NCBI GenBank assembly: GCA_051294905.1
Contig: CM119372.1
Location: 26,724,001-26,788,000, forward strand
DNA length: 64,000 bases
Reading direction: 5' to 3'
Source: Botryllus schlosseri
Taxonomy: Eukaryota
The notes under the pieces are model-generated. The model had not been told where the DNA came from. It made no database searches and was given only the letters and a program-made list of their open reading frames with translations. The translations under genes were made by a program, and so were the position numbers. Positions within the stretch are counted from its first letter, which is position 1, and every line of letters starts with the position of its first letter. Positions 25,731 through 39,242 of the stretch are shown here, piece by piece.

Positions 25731-27013
25731 CAGAGGTGGTCAAAGTAGTCAAGAAAGCTACTCAAGTAGAAGTAGAAGTAGCGACGAAAAAGTCTACTTA
25801 AGTACGAGTAGAAGTACTTCTTCCATAAGCAACCTAAAACTACTTGAAGTAGAAGTAGAATTTACAGACTTTAAAAGTACTCAAGTAAGTAAGTAGTTGT
25901 GAAAACGATCGTGATTCGTTCGCATGGATTGTTAAAAGCTGCAAATTGAGCTATGAAAACGGTGCAGTGCTTGATTCATATTGATGCATACCACGAGGTA
26001 TCCAATTTTCGACAGCATAAGTATTTGTCCGCATCATGGGATGAAAATGATAGTATTGATATGGAAATGCGATACTAATCCTCTGTTTACTAGAACTGCA
26101 AGTTTTTGAAAATATCATGGTATGGCGCCCTCCCCCATATTAGAGCGCCCGTAGTTTAGTCGAAGAGACATACTGAGAAGTTGTATAGGATACTGTGACA
26201 ACACTTTGATCTATTAGTAAACGTTAATAAAAAATATGGTGGATCGTAAAATTGCTATATTGTGTAGCTTTATTTACGGAAATTAAGGCATTACTACACT
26301 TGCTTTTATACTTCAACATGTGTATTATCCAGACAAAAGAATTGATACTAATTAGAACTCAAAGTATGATACTGGGAATTGAAAGTGAAATATTATTACT
26401 ACTTCTAGAAGCAAAAAATGTATTTCATGTCTTTAGTCCAGAAAGTTTCAAAGGTGGTATGCTAAAACAGGTCTAAAACTAAAAAAAGTCAGAGTCCACT
26501 TTTCCAGATTAGGACACGTCATGGACTGCTAGATTACGATATGATAAGTAAATGCTACATTGCAAAACATTAGTTTCAAACGTTATGATGTGCCATATAT
26601 ACTGTGATGAAATATTTCATGTGGGCGACAATGCGGTGTGAACGGAACCACGCAACCTGCTACCTAAATTATATTAACCGATACTTTCGTGAAATCATAC
26701 TGGTCAGTTCAAATCCACTGCGCGCGAAGCGCGAGAAAAATTCTGGGCTCTACTCAACTTTTATGAAAATTAAATGTTGATATTCCGTGAAAACAGCCCC
26801 GAAATTCCTCAGGCTATTTTCCTGATTAGAGGATTAAACTACTTCTACTTGACAAACTGAAAATAGCGAAAAGTAAGTAAGTAGATCACAAAATATTACG
26901 AAGTAGAAGTAGAAGTAGCGAAAATAAGATCTACTTGAGTAAGTAGCAGAAGGAGAGAAAAACTACTTGAGTACTTCGAAAAAGTAGAAGTACTTCGTTA
27001 CTGACCACCTCTG
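25731..27013. mobile_element. MITE with (AAGTAG)n subterminal repeats, inserted in the left arm of the foldback element
   Basis: TIR cagaggtggtca. Duplication ggtatta at 25724-25730 and 27014-27020. The empty site is visible in the right arm near 30240. Confidence 0.9.
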
Positions 27014-27809
27014 GGTATTAGATGCCATGCGGTGTAGTCATAACGGTTAAATTGAGGCGAAACTTGATCGATTGTCTGTAATCGGTCAAGCGTTACAGAA
27101 TTTAGAATGCGAATTGTTCAAAACCCTATAAAATTATTCAAGCGAGTAGAGTATCATATGAAAACTGGTTTCAATGACGATTTTTCATAGCTTTACGATT
27201 CTGGTTTTTCGACTGTAAGGTGATGAAATTGCAGTATGCGTAAGTTTGCAGAAATGCGTAAATTTGGAATATGGTAGACCAATGGTTCCCATACTTTTTT
27301 GACTCAACCCACCTTGTTAAGCTCAACTTATAGGCCTATTCATCACTACCCCTGAAGACAACATGCCAAGTTTCAACAACCTATTTGAAACCAAGAGCTG
27401 TTTCTAGGGCATTTAATAACGAGACGGGCCACCCCAGTGGTCATCAACACGCGGTCGTCATGCGGCCCACGAGGACATATTTTGCGGCCCGCGACCTGAT
27501 TTGAAATTTCGGATTTGAAATGCTGAAACTGATTTCAGTTTAAACATATCGTTGTTGTTGTTAAAAGTAAGCTATTCTCCTGTGCCCAATATCACTATTC
27601 CTCACTAGCTGATAAGACTTCGACGATTCCATGGAGGATGAATTTGCTGATAGGAATGGGCATATTGCCTTGATGTGCGATGGCCCACCACTGCCAAGAC
27701 CGAGACGCTTAGAAAACGACTTCAGGGTCCCCAACGGACCAAGCTTTACGAGGAGATAGTTTTCCAGCAAGTACCGTGTCTAGCTAACCCCGATATCGAT
27801 TCTTCAGTC

Positions 27810-29406
27810 CAGGGGTGGCCAATTTGCGGCAGTAGAATGGAAATTATGCGGTCATCGACGCTTAATTCGATTAGCATGTGTTGGCAACCGTCAATATCCA
27901 AATTGAATTTACGAATTGACTCTCTAATTCAGTGGTTCTCAACCTTTTTGTCCCCGCGGACCCCCTTGGGACTGTCACGGCCCCCGCGGACCCCCGAGTT
28001 TTGGATCAAATTTAGCTCGATTATCGAGTTACCGTTATCTGTCTTGTGCAAATATCAACCTTATGCTAGCGATAAAGCAACCAGAATGCTAACAATCCCA
28101 AAGGATAATTTGATGGCATGAAAGGTTATGGCTGTCGAAGAGAGAATTCTCAAATTGTGAAATTAGAAGTTATACACAGAGCAACAACTACTAACGGTAC
28201 GTAAATCGCGCGAAGCGCGAAATTTTTTCAGTTGACTGCGGCTTTGAGCCCCCTTCAGATGCTTTCACCTCATCCGAGTTTGAGAACCACTGTTACAGAA
28301 GAATGTGGATGGTTCCAAATGCTTCGAGGTCACCCTGATGGACCTTACTACTTCAACTTCTTATTTTTGTCCACAAACCCCCACGAAACATCTCCAAACA
28401 GCAATATGTTTGCATCAGTAGGCTATTGGTAATTAAATTGAGTTTGCACTGTAGATTATTTGATCTCCGACGCCAATCATGGTTATTAGAGTCATGAAGT
28501 TTTAGTAGTAAGAAAGTGAAACTGCCTCGTGATTTCCTTAATTAGAAAAAATAAAAAGTATGTTTCCACCATTTTGCGAATTTAGAGGTCTCGCGGACCC
28601 CCTGAAAATGGTTCTCGGACCCCTAGGGGTCCGCGGACCCCCGGTTGAGAACCACTGCTCTAATTGATGAGAGGTTTGAATTATTCGTGAAATTTTCTTC
28701 GCGCTACGTGCGGTGCAATGCGAGTTGCTTTTTGATGTTAATATAGTAGAGTCTTTTGTAATCTGATCCCCACAGTACGGATGCGAACAGCAAATAAAAA
28801 TGATGCGCCCCGTAAAGAAATACCAATTTGTAATCATTTTCTCATCATCACGGAAGAGATTTGTTTCTGGTAGGGGTATGTTTGGGCGAATCCAATATCT
28901 TTCCACTACCCACAATCCTGATGGGAGAGCAAGAAATAACAGTATGCAACAAAGAGGACTAATAACAATTTGTCCACCTAAAGATGCAGCACAGAATCAA
29001 AAACTTCGCTAAATTTTTCAAGACACGCCATGTATCAACTCTACCGGTGAATCTGATCTCATGGGCTGTGAAAGGACACATAATTGATCGTAATACGTAA
29101 AACTATACCGATATTAATGATGAAATTCACTCATGATTATGAAAACGACTAGAAAGCGACTCCCCGTAGCTATTCATAACATGGCTTTTCACGATTTCCG
29201 AGCGCATAGTAAGCAGATATGAGTAACTAGATTAGTCCGGAGTTCACTGGCAATGGCCTGGACAATTGTGGACATGGACTTGGACACCAGTTTAACGTGG
29301 GTATTTTGCCTCCAGTTAGTTCATTACGACTATGCACTGGAAGGCGGCCAGGCTACATAAGTAATCGAAATAAGGCCGTGAACAGCAAAAAGGTTGGCCA
29401 CCCCTG
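27810..29406. mobile_element. hAT-type MITE
   Basis: TIR caggggtggccaa/ttggccacccctg and TSD cttcagtc/ctttagtt (6/8). Confidence 0.7.
27930..28657. mobile_element. hAT-type MITE
   Basis: TIR cagtggttctcaacc and perfect 8-bp TSD ctctaatt. Confidence 0.9.
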
Positions 29407-31796
29407 CTTTAGTTGCTGAAGATTGTTGTCAGGTATCGTGTGCAGCTCATAGTCCAAAATAAAATCAAAGTGACGATGATGATATTTTTTGTTGTATTTG
29501 TATTTCTACAATAACATATAGTTTCTTTTGTGGTAACTATGCCCGTCGCCCATGTTAGTGAGCACAGAGTTGTACTGACGTAGAGTTATCAAAACGCGGT
29601 TGTTAAACTGCGTTACCTATTTTTTATCTCGATATTGAAATCATGCGGCCCGGGGCCTCTACGAATTTTGAAAAGTGGCCCGCGACCCGTTTTGAGTTGA
29701 CGACTCCAGGGCTTCCTGTTACTCTCGTTGATTACGATGTTGAATTTCCTCATTTTGACATTAAGGGCACTATCGGTAGAGTTTCTGCTCCTTATCAAAA
29801 AATATAACTCTGAATGTCAACGTTGAGAAATTTAGCATTGGACGGGTAAACGGCGGGAGCAATGGGAAGCTATTCTCATTAATATATACCCAAGGAGCTG
29901 CTCTTGCTTTCAAATAGGTTGTTGAAACTTGACAGGGGTAGTGATGAATATAAGTTGAGCTTAACAAGATGTGTTGAGTCAAAAAAGTATAGGAACCATC
30001 GGTCTACTATATTCCAAACTTACGCATACTGCAATTTCACCACCTTACAGTCAAAAAACCAAAATCGAAAAGCTATGAAAAATTGTCTTTGAAACCAGCT
30101 TTCATATGATACCCTACTCGCTTTAATATTTTTATAGGGTTTTGAACAATTTTAAATTCTGTAACGCTTGACCGATTTCGAACCATCGATCAAGTTTCGC
30201 CTCAATTTAACATTCAAGAATACACCGCATGGCATTTAATACCACACGGGAATATAAACGAATAGAATAGCTACTCATAAAACCGAGTGCCAAATCTCAA
30301 CTGTAATCCAACATCTGTTTACAACTTTTCGAATTTTACATTGATAAAACCTGAATGCTGCAGAGCTCCAATGAGCAGAAAATCGTCAATTGTTAAAATG
30401 ACATAACTTTTGAACACGGAGTTCAATTTTCCTCAAATAAGCTTTATTGTGTTCGAAATTAACTCATGTATGCATGTACCATATTTCAGAAGATTTGGGT
30501 ATGTGGAAGTTCCAACTTTCGTTGTCCTGGTTGCGAATGGCCAAATAACGTATTGAATATTCAACAAATAAGGATCATCGACAGTAAGTTCACATTTTAT
30601 TACAAGACAAGCAAAGTCATTTACTTTACGTGTTTTCGAAACGGTAATAACGAGCTAGGCGACTGCAGTATTTCAGTTATCGCATCAGCTGCTTACCAAG
30701 TGGATGGACTGGTTACCACGGCTTGTGCTTGCGTTTGAAAAATAAATTCCTCGAACATGAAACTATTTTCTCGGGTTTTCAAGACGTGAACCCAGACGCC
30801 TTCTCTCGCGTCTGCCTTACGATTGCGTAATCGGTTAGATCTCGATATCCTCTTTTTTAACGAGGCATTGAGCGACTCGCTAGCAGTGTGGGTCGGATAT
30901 TTATCGAAATTTTTGTGAACTGGGTTTTTATTTTCGAAAATGGCACCATCTCAAAAGGATTAAGTGAGCTATAATGATAAATATCAAAGCCGTGCTGCTG
31001 CGAAATGACCACGGATGTCGGAAGACCGTGCTTCGTAAACAATGTGAGCAATACGCTGGCAAAGAACAGATTTTGAGCTTGAATTACTGATCCACATTTG
31101 AATGACCTTTTGCAGAATCCAAGCAACATTATGATTATAATCAAGTATTATAAAGCAGTATAAACCAAATCTTTCCGCGTCTTCTACATTCTTTATTTGC
31201 ATAACTCAACTTTGTAAACTTTGACAGCTGGAAGCATATCTCAATAGACCAGTGGTTCTCAACCGGGGGTTCGCGAAGCATTTTCAGGGGGTCCGCGAAA
31301 TGGTTGATAAAATTTTTTATAATCAAGGAAATCACTAGTCAATTTTGCTTCATTACTGCTAAAACTTTAATTTGCTCGTATGTGCAATATTGGGCATGGT
31401 TATACTGATTAACCCTATAGAAAACGGATATTTACCAAGCTGTCTTTGATCGCTGTAAGTCCATTTTTAATCGCTTAGCATCGACTAAGAAGTTATATTC
31501 TATAAATGTATTTACTAAATATTCTGACGCGTTAGTCGATTGCATTTTTTCGAAAAGCAAATTACAGTCCACCTTTGGCAATTTTTCTGACTGGCGTAGA
31601 GTTAATTCTGAGTTCGCATAGTAATAGGCAACGAATTAAAAATTTTGTTGTTAAAATCAAATCACAAAGCACAGGCATTTGGTACGTAGAAATTTTTATA
31701 TAAATGTCTTAACTGTATCTGAATCAATACCATCGTTAAATGCTCAATGCAAAACTAAATAAATATTTCAGGCTAATAGAGCGTTCGAGTATAAAG

Positions 31797-32545
31797 TCAA
31801 TAAAAATGGGATGTTTTGCGGGATTTTCTTTTGTACTCTACATCACTTTCCCGCATTAAGGCCCACACATAATCTCCCATCATGCTTTCATTATTTTGCC
31901 CTTGGTATCTCCTTATGTCTTGATGCAATCGCTCCCTTTGGTCTTCTGAATAAGCTCCCATATTATCTTTATACTCGTCCAATTGAGCATCCAGCATATA
32001 TGCAGTTTCATGGACATTCTGCACCTCATGTTTCCATACGACTTTAACAAATTGGCCACGAGTTCGGCATAGTTATCTTCCTTGTTATTGCCCAAGTAAC
32101 CATTCACCACGTCTGTAAAGCTATCCCAAGCCTTCTTTTCAACATCATTAAGCATTTGGATAAAATCAGTCGACTTGAGAATCTTTTTAATTAGTGGGTC
32201 AATAGATACAGCAGCTTTTACTTTGGCTTCTGATAGTTCAGGAAACGAGTTCTGGAGAAGCTGGAATGCGTCACCACCTTTATCGAATGCTTTCACAAAT
32301 TGCTTTATAATGCCACGTTTTATGTGAAGGGGAGGCATAAGCACTTTGTTTGCGTTAATCAACCGAGTTTGCTTTACGTTTTTCTCTCCGACAACAAATT
32401 CGTTTCGTTTTGGCCATATTTGCTCTTTGTAGTGTTCTGTGGTTATTACTATCCCAGAGGCAAAGGAGCCAACGATACTTGGTGAACCCCCCTTGCATAC
32501 CCATCAATAACGCTACCATTTTTTAAGTCCTCAATTACTTCCCAG
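31797..32545 (-). pseudogene. Chapaev3-like (CMC) transposase C-terminal pseudogene fragment
   Basis: DLK.MVALLMGMQGGFTKY..LCLWDS, LMPPLHIKRGIIKQFVKA, FPELSEAKVK, YLGNNK, MSMKLH, GAYSEDQRERLHQDI, RYQG, MMGDYVW. Family assignment is from recalled motifs. Confidence 0.8.
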
Positions 32546-32758
32546 GTATGTTAAAAAATAATAAATAATTATCAATTGCAAATCATAAAATATCAAAACC
32601 TCAAAAATCAACCATGCAAACAGAAATATCTATAAACTGGCGAATATTTCAGAATATATTAACATTTAAAAATGATTTACATCCATCTTGGATGCTCTTT
32701 AGCCATATTTTTGATTTTTCTCAAAAATAGTGCGATTTTATAACTTCATTCTCTAAAC

Positions 32759-33266
32759 CAGTGGTTCTCAACCGGGGGTCCGCGAAGCATTTTCAGGGGG
32801 TCCGCGAGACCTTCACATTTTGCAAAATGTTTGATAGCCTAATTTGAATTTTTTCAATTAGGTTAATCACGAAACAGATTCGCTTCATAACTGGTAAAAC
32901 TTCACGACTCACATTACAAAAATTGCCGTCGGAAATGAAATATCCTACTGTGTAAACTCATTTTAATTGATATATTGACAGCAGCCTATTGATACAAACA
33001 TATATTGCCATTTGAAGATGTTTTGTCGGAGTTTGTAACAAAATATCAAAAGTTTCGGTAGTAAGGCCAATCAGCGAAATTTTGAAATGTTTACAAGTTG
33101 TCAGTCTGAGCAAACTAGTGGGCAATCGCTAGAAATGGAAATTTTTGATCCATTTTCTTCTGTAATATACATAACACTATTGATGAATAACTTCAAGATA
33201 ACCTGCTACATAGAAATGGCTAGGCTGGAAGTTCATTCAAAAATCTGTTTCCCGATTTTGATGCCT
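32759..33266. mobile_element. One arm of a hAT MITE, highly similar to inverted 53175-53681
   Basis: Starts cagtggttctcaacc and is colinear in reverse complement with 53175-53681. Confidence 0.85.
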
Positions 33267-33271
33267 AAAGG

Positions 33272-34000
33272 CAGCGGTTCTCAACCGGGGGTCCGCGAAG
33301 CCTCTAAATTTACAAAATAGTTCATAACTTCATTTTTATTTTTTTTTAATTAGGAAAATCACGAGGCAGTTTCGCTTCATCACTAGTAGAACTCACTAAA
33401 CAGAATGACCGTCTGCGATAAAATATACCCTACTGTGCGGACTCAATTTTGTTGCTAAATTGACAATAGCCTGCTGATACAAATATTTTGTTGTATGGAG
33501 GTGTTTTGTTGGGGATTTTGTAAAAATAAAAAAGTTGGATTAGTCAATCACGGTGACTTCGAAATGTTTATAAAAATCCATTTCTTCTGTGATATACATA
33601 ACCATTTTTCCATAATAACTTCAATGTGATCTGCTAGATAAAAATGACAGGACTGACGTTATATGTTCAATAAAAAAATTAATTTGTCAATTTTAATCAC
33701 ATATTTGTTGCGATCACACCCGAATGTGTCGTCGGAAGCGTTACGCGTTATTATTACATTCGCCACCACCTCTCTTTGTGAAAACGGATTTTCAACACTC
33801 GTTTATATCAAATCGAAGGCGCGGATTTTTATGACACGACCACGTATCTCAAAACCTTCAGCTTCAGAATTCGCTTTGAAATAATAAAAGTCTTCCCAAT
33901 TTCTACATGAATAAAAGGCTATGATGTTATTCTCACGAATGGTCAGTGGTCACTTCGTTGCCGTTTATTACTATGCTACAGTTGTTATTTGCACAAGAGA
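33272..34000 (+). mobile_element. hAT MITE fragment with Buster-like C-terminal remnant
   Basis: Starts cagcggttctcaacc. IITFATTSLCENGFSTLVYIKSKAR in ORF 33663-33884. Homologous to 10565-11426. Confidence 0.8.
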
Positions 34001-35018
34001 GAGAACGGTCGCACGATCAAGGAGCGAAATTTGATCATCACGACTACATCAAAACCAGGCTACACCGCTCAAATGCTTTGATATCAGATCAATTTTCAGT
34101 AGATTTTAAAATATTCTACATAAAATTGTGGCACGTCAAAGGTTCACTAGCTGCGATAATATAACCCGATAGTTTTACGATGTCATGATGCATCCTCTCG
34201 CATGATGTATATCACTCATTTATTTAAAAAAATATGCCAGGCACAAAAGCAATTTTATTAAAATATTCGAAAATGTGATTTTTTCCGTGTCAAGCGTGAA
34301 TAGTGCAATAATAAATTACACTTCCACGGTGTTTGTGGAATGTCTGTCTGCAAAGTCCCGTCAAATAAGGCCTAATTTGAAATTATACATTGAATATCCG
34401 TATTGATGCTGCGGCCCGCGGTGCCATCAAAAACTAGGAAATTGGCCCGCGAGCACATTTGAGTTTGAGACCTCTGCTCCATATAATCGCAAACATTAAG
34501 CACTCCACAATGCTCACAGAGTAACTCAAGAATTGATGAAATTATTGCCGAACTGAAGAAACGGGTTGAAATGGAATCGACTGCACAGTGCACAGCGGAA
34601 AGGTACATAAGCCAACTGGCATCGATTTCCCTGTTTGTCTCATTCTATAATTTGTCTATATGCATTGCATACCTACAACACCGATAACCATGACTTTGAG
34701 AAAATCTGTATTGCAGTCTCTATCAGCGGTTCTGAAACTGGGGTGCAACAAAGCTTATCATTGGAGAAGGCTAGACAATTTAGTGAGACGCTCTGACTCA
34801 ATCACTACGCATATTCAACTACGCTGTCACTGTTTACGATCACATACTCCCTAATAATTAGCTCCTCTGATCGAAGCTCCATTGGTTGACTACCAATTTT
34901 CATTTAGTTATTAGGGTTATTCTGGTGGTTCTTGGTGGCGTCATATAGGCCTACTCACGATTCTAGAAGAAAAGTGGTAATGTCGGTAATGCGAACATGA
35001 ACTGATAACTAAGTAGAG

Positions 35019-36515
35019 CAGGGGTTCTCAACTTCCCTTGTACAACGGGCCGCATTTTTACAAATAAAGACCCTGCGGGCCGCAGAATATTATGATCATG
35101 TATTTGCGGGCTATTATTAAATTCAGGCTACTATAGCCTATTTACCAGTCGTATACTGGCATTTAGTACGTTTTCATGCATTCACGGGCATTAATGGACA
35201 GCGTTCGTAAGTTTACGGCGGCTTTTTTTTGTGAGAATATGTATCTTCCAGCGGCGCAAGTAAATCCCCATATGGAGCCTGCATTGCATTCGTTTCCAAG
35301 TATAGGTAGGTATATGCACCCCCAAACCCTTCCAACAGAGAACTGAACTCCTTGTTTCAATGCGTGAGTGAGCAATGAGCATTGAGCAAGTATGAAATTA
35401 CGGCCACTCTTTCGTTACAGAGGCCATTATCATGACTTTCAGCTGTCAGTGATATGAGAAGAAGTCTGTTGTTTGGGGTCATTTCTGAGCAAACCAATCC
35501 GCCCTCCTTTCCTTCCATGGCTGGTGAAGCCCTGCACCAACAGTTACAGGAGTCAGCCTTGTAAATTTGTTGTTTTTCGCATTTCCTCTGCAAATAAATC
35601 TACTCTGATAAAATGCACCCAGATACTTAGCTGGAATCGGTGGATTCGTCCAATGCTAGGCTAAAGTAGTCTACGCGGCATCATGGTTCAGAAATGCGAT
35701 AAAAGAGCGACCGGCATTGCTGTTACTCTTCTGGTCACGGTTGAATCAGACAACTGTAGCTTTGAAATTTGTCAGGTCATGATGTCGCTGCTAAGTTCGG
35801 GAAACAGCGAATATTCGCATAGTATATTGAAGTCGTAGTGAAATTACACCTTCTCTGGCAGGTTTCTTTGGTTAGCGATATTCTGAGCACTTTTGAACAA
35901 TGCGTCTGTAACGTCGCTGCCAATTTTTACAATGCCAGAAATATGGATTGCTGGGCTTGCCACCAAGCTAGCATCATTTTTTCTAATATCAGGCGATATG
36001 TGAAACTCCAGAAGAAACAGGCGTGGTACAGGCGTGGTATCATTTTAAGCTTCGACGCTTCGTTACGACAACTGTTCTTTGACAAATATGACACATCGGT
36101 TTTCCATTTATATCTGGGAAAGCAAATTCATTGCTCCACGCAGAGTTACAAACCCAGCTTTCGACGTTCTCGTTCCTAGTACTTATGTCTGCTCAAACCA
36201 TTCACGGTGTGTGAAACACTTTTTAAAAGTGTTCTACGCAGCGGGATTCTCTTGAAGCAGAGTGCAGCCGAATACGGATTCAAAACAATATCAATCTAAA
36301 CTTCAGCATAGGCCTATATCATGATACCTGAACACATCAAAGAATGAATAATCAAACGACACAGAGACAGTGCGATAAGAAAGCTAAGTAGCTAAATTAA
36401 TATGTAACAATTCCGTGCCAGTAGTAATTGCTTCCGTAATGAAAGATGTCGCGGGCCGCAAAAAAAAAGTCTGCGGGCCGCATGCGGCCCGCGGGCCGCG
36501 GGTTGAGAACCCCTG
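35019..36515 (-). mobile_element. Internally deleted Charlie-type hAT element (GTF2IRD2-like transposase remnant)
   Basis: TIR caggggttctcaac and perfect TSD aagtagag. Minus strand reads NSAWSNEFAFPDINGKPMCHICQRTVVVTKRRSLK near 36040-36150. Confidence 0.9.
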
Positions 36516-38581
36516 AAGTAGAGTATGCTTTCACATGAGACCGAGAAATATGGTGCACACAGGGCCTAAACAGTACTTCGCCACCCCCAAAACTTATGGG
36601 GGACTTCGCCCCACATACCCCTTCTTCGCGATGGGCCTTTTCACCACTGCCACTAAGGCACGTTTTACTGTTATCGGGGTTCCATGTATAAGTACATGTA
36701 GTCGCACCTATAGCGCAAAAACATTTAGTATTCAGGATGTAATTTTGTCTAAAATATTGGTAATTGCATATAATGCTATTAATTTTTCATCCTCTCTCAG
36801 GCCGTGCAATAAAATTTACTGGCCAAATTGAAAGAGTCGGTGACCTCACATAGCAAGCGGAGCACTATTCCGACCTCATGGACAATGGCCAGTTGGCAAT
36901 ATATATATCAGACATGGGGTAATCGCGATTAGTAATCGTAATCGATTACGACGATTACAGCATTTTGAAGTAATCGTAATCGCAATCGATTACATTCGAA
37001 AAAAATCCGAAGTAATCGTAATCGTAATCGACTACTTCCCATATCTAATCGATTTGTTTGTGAATGAACGATTACTTTTTGTTTGTACAAGGACTATGAC
37101 ATAAACTGAATATTCGTGAACAAGAATGAGATAATATACCACGTTAGCGTTAGCACAAACGTCTGTTTTAAAACGCCACTGACTCATTATTACGTCAGAA
37201 GTATTAGCCCCGCTCGTCATTGCGTAACAAGTATCCACATTCCACATATAGTAAACAGACATGCGATGGACATTGTAGTGTGATTGTAAGAACACCTCCC
37301 GTGGTGTATATCAGGTTATCAATACACTACAGAAGCCGCTACCTCGCAGCAGGATATTGATCACCACTCTGCCTATAGTTTCAAATAGTAACTTATGTAT
37401 TAATGTTTAGTTGTGCTTAGTTAAACGCAGTTTGCCATTGCTGCTTGGCGAGCAGGAGGCCTACGTACGCACGTGCACCTGACGAAGATTCGGAATTTTG
37501 TACTCGTTGAATAAGACATTGCAGTTTCCACAACGAAGCAACAAATAAACAGCTGCTGATATATATCATAACCTAGCCGTGCTTAGCCGTTTCTCGTAAC
37601 AGCAGCTCGCTGTATATGTATTAAGTTGAAGGCAGAATTTTTATGTTAACCATATCTTATTCTCATATAACTACTTGAAACGGGCGTCAATCGTTATTTC
37701 ACAGTTCGTTACTTAGCATTTGGACCTGCCGCCATAACCATCCGCTTATATAGCCTGACATGTTAGCGTGGGTTGTAGCTAGAATCAGCAATTCAGCCAA
37801 AACAGCAATTCCCCTCGTTCAGCCGTTGGTCAACTTTCAAAAGTGAATTTCGTCAATAATATTGGTAATTGCATTATATTACTATTCATTTATAACCTCT
37901 CTGAGCTCCGAGTGTCAGATTTACCTGTAAAGCTGGGGCACGTAATTCATATTCATAGCATCTGGTATGTTGTTATAATTACTGTATGTTGTTAATTCGC
38001 GACCTCCAGTCCGTTGTATAATCAAAAGATATTGTACTCGCCCAAACGTAGCAGACTAAAAGAATATCTTTTGTGAGACGCACACACAAATTGTCATGGC
38101 TTTATTCCTTTGTGGATGCGCCTGGTGACATTTGCATTGTGGGACCAGATTGGAAGGACAGGAGTTATTAGTCCCGCCCACTCAGCGCGGCTATTGACAA
38201 TAAAATACCCTAAGTTTCGGCCAAGGTATTTCTTTGGTATCACATCCCGTGGAGTTGCGTGTTGGCCGAAACTGCTTATATGTTTTGGTGTGTTGTGGGA
38301 TCGTGGCGCGGTAATGACCGGCTACGAAATGCCTGTTCCCATAAAATATAGCCTATGTATGTTTCTTCTTGAGGAGAACAGGTATGCATTTCAAACCCAG
38401 CTATCTACTGGAGCAGGGGTCACCAACTGCTTTGAAACAAAAAGCTACTTCTTGTGTAATGTGTACTGATTATTGCGACGACCGACGGGTGACCACGTAG
38501 CCTACTCCCGTCGTTTATCCATGTTCAGTTGGATTTCTTCATTTAGAGTAAGACAATCAGAGAACTGGGCCGGGTTTCCGC

Positions 38582-38797
38582 CCCTTACCAAGAAAAAAAC
38601 GCTCACTCGCAGGGACTCACACCAGCTCCTCCAAGCTCAGTTGCGTTGCTGCAGTGCGCGCAGAAGCGCCGATCTCCGCGTCTAGACTCGGGAATATTAA
38701 CTATATAGATTCCCGTTGAGTCGGTCGACCCATGTTCAACTGCTGTTCATATGAAACGAGCTTCAACTATCAAATCTCTCATTTGGATATTTGCTAC
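38582..38797 (-). pseudogene. Degenerate 28S rRNA fragment
   Basis: Colinear blocks match the recalled antisense of conserved eukaryotic 28S: cccttaccaagaaaaaaac, gggaatattaac...gattccc, gacccatgttcaactgctgttca (38727-38749), tctcatttggatatttgctac. Confidence 0.8.
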
Positions 38798-38801
38798 AGC
38801 G

Positions 38802-39242
38802 CAGTGGTGGCCATACGAACGGGGGGCTGGGCGAGACTTACCGGGGGCCGCCCTATAAGTATCTATCCGTAACTTATGGGGGGGCTTCGCCCCCCAGACC
38901 CCTCTTTCGCATCTGTTATTATTATATATCTATCAAGGTTTGGCCAGGTGCTGGATTCGGCCATGTCTATTTTTTCATGTGTGCAAAGATAGACGACATT
39001 AAAACTAAGTAATTCTACCGCATGCAGAGACGTGATGATTATTGGGATATGGTACGTTTCTAACAAATGCAGAGATTTGATGATGATTGACACATCTGTA
39101 CGGAATCCTATTCTTGCCTTACACGGATTTCCATGTTTAATCGTTATTATCCCTGAAAAAAGCGCATAATCCAAATAGGGGAGCCCTTCGGCCAGCCCCC
39201 CCTGGCGGCCGCCCACCTCGCACACCCCAAAAGCCACCACTA
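38802..39242. mobile_element. hAT-like MITE nested in the 28S-carrying MITE
   Basis: cagtggtggc/gccaccacta ends and perfect TSD ctacagcg. Confidence 0.88.

Larger units (their letters stand above)
27435..29709. mobile_element. Degraded Charlie-type hAT element hosting two nested MITEs
   Basis: cagtggtcatcaac...gttgacgactccag ends with gcggccc motifs. An EDEFADRNGH..LMC N-terminal transposase-like scrap lies near 27630. Confidence 0.55.
25433..30533. mobile_element. Foldback-like element with TIRs of about 630 bp, superfamily unassigned
   Basis: 25433-25730 plus 27021-27400 is the reverse complement of about 29900-30533. Ends caaccaggacaac/gttgtcctggttg. No TSD seen. Confidence 0.85.

Noticed and set aside
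36920..37080. GTAATC/GATTAC arrays (also AAGTAG and GACTCGAGTC arrays) as CRISPR-like repeats
   Set aside because: Short irregular motifs at the ends of TIR/TSD-bounded elements, with no fixed repeat-spacer periodicity, no cas genes and a eukaryotic context.
38582..38797. Functional rRNA gene
   Set aside because: Short, internally deleted and diverged, and embedded in a MITE.
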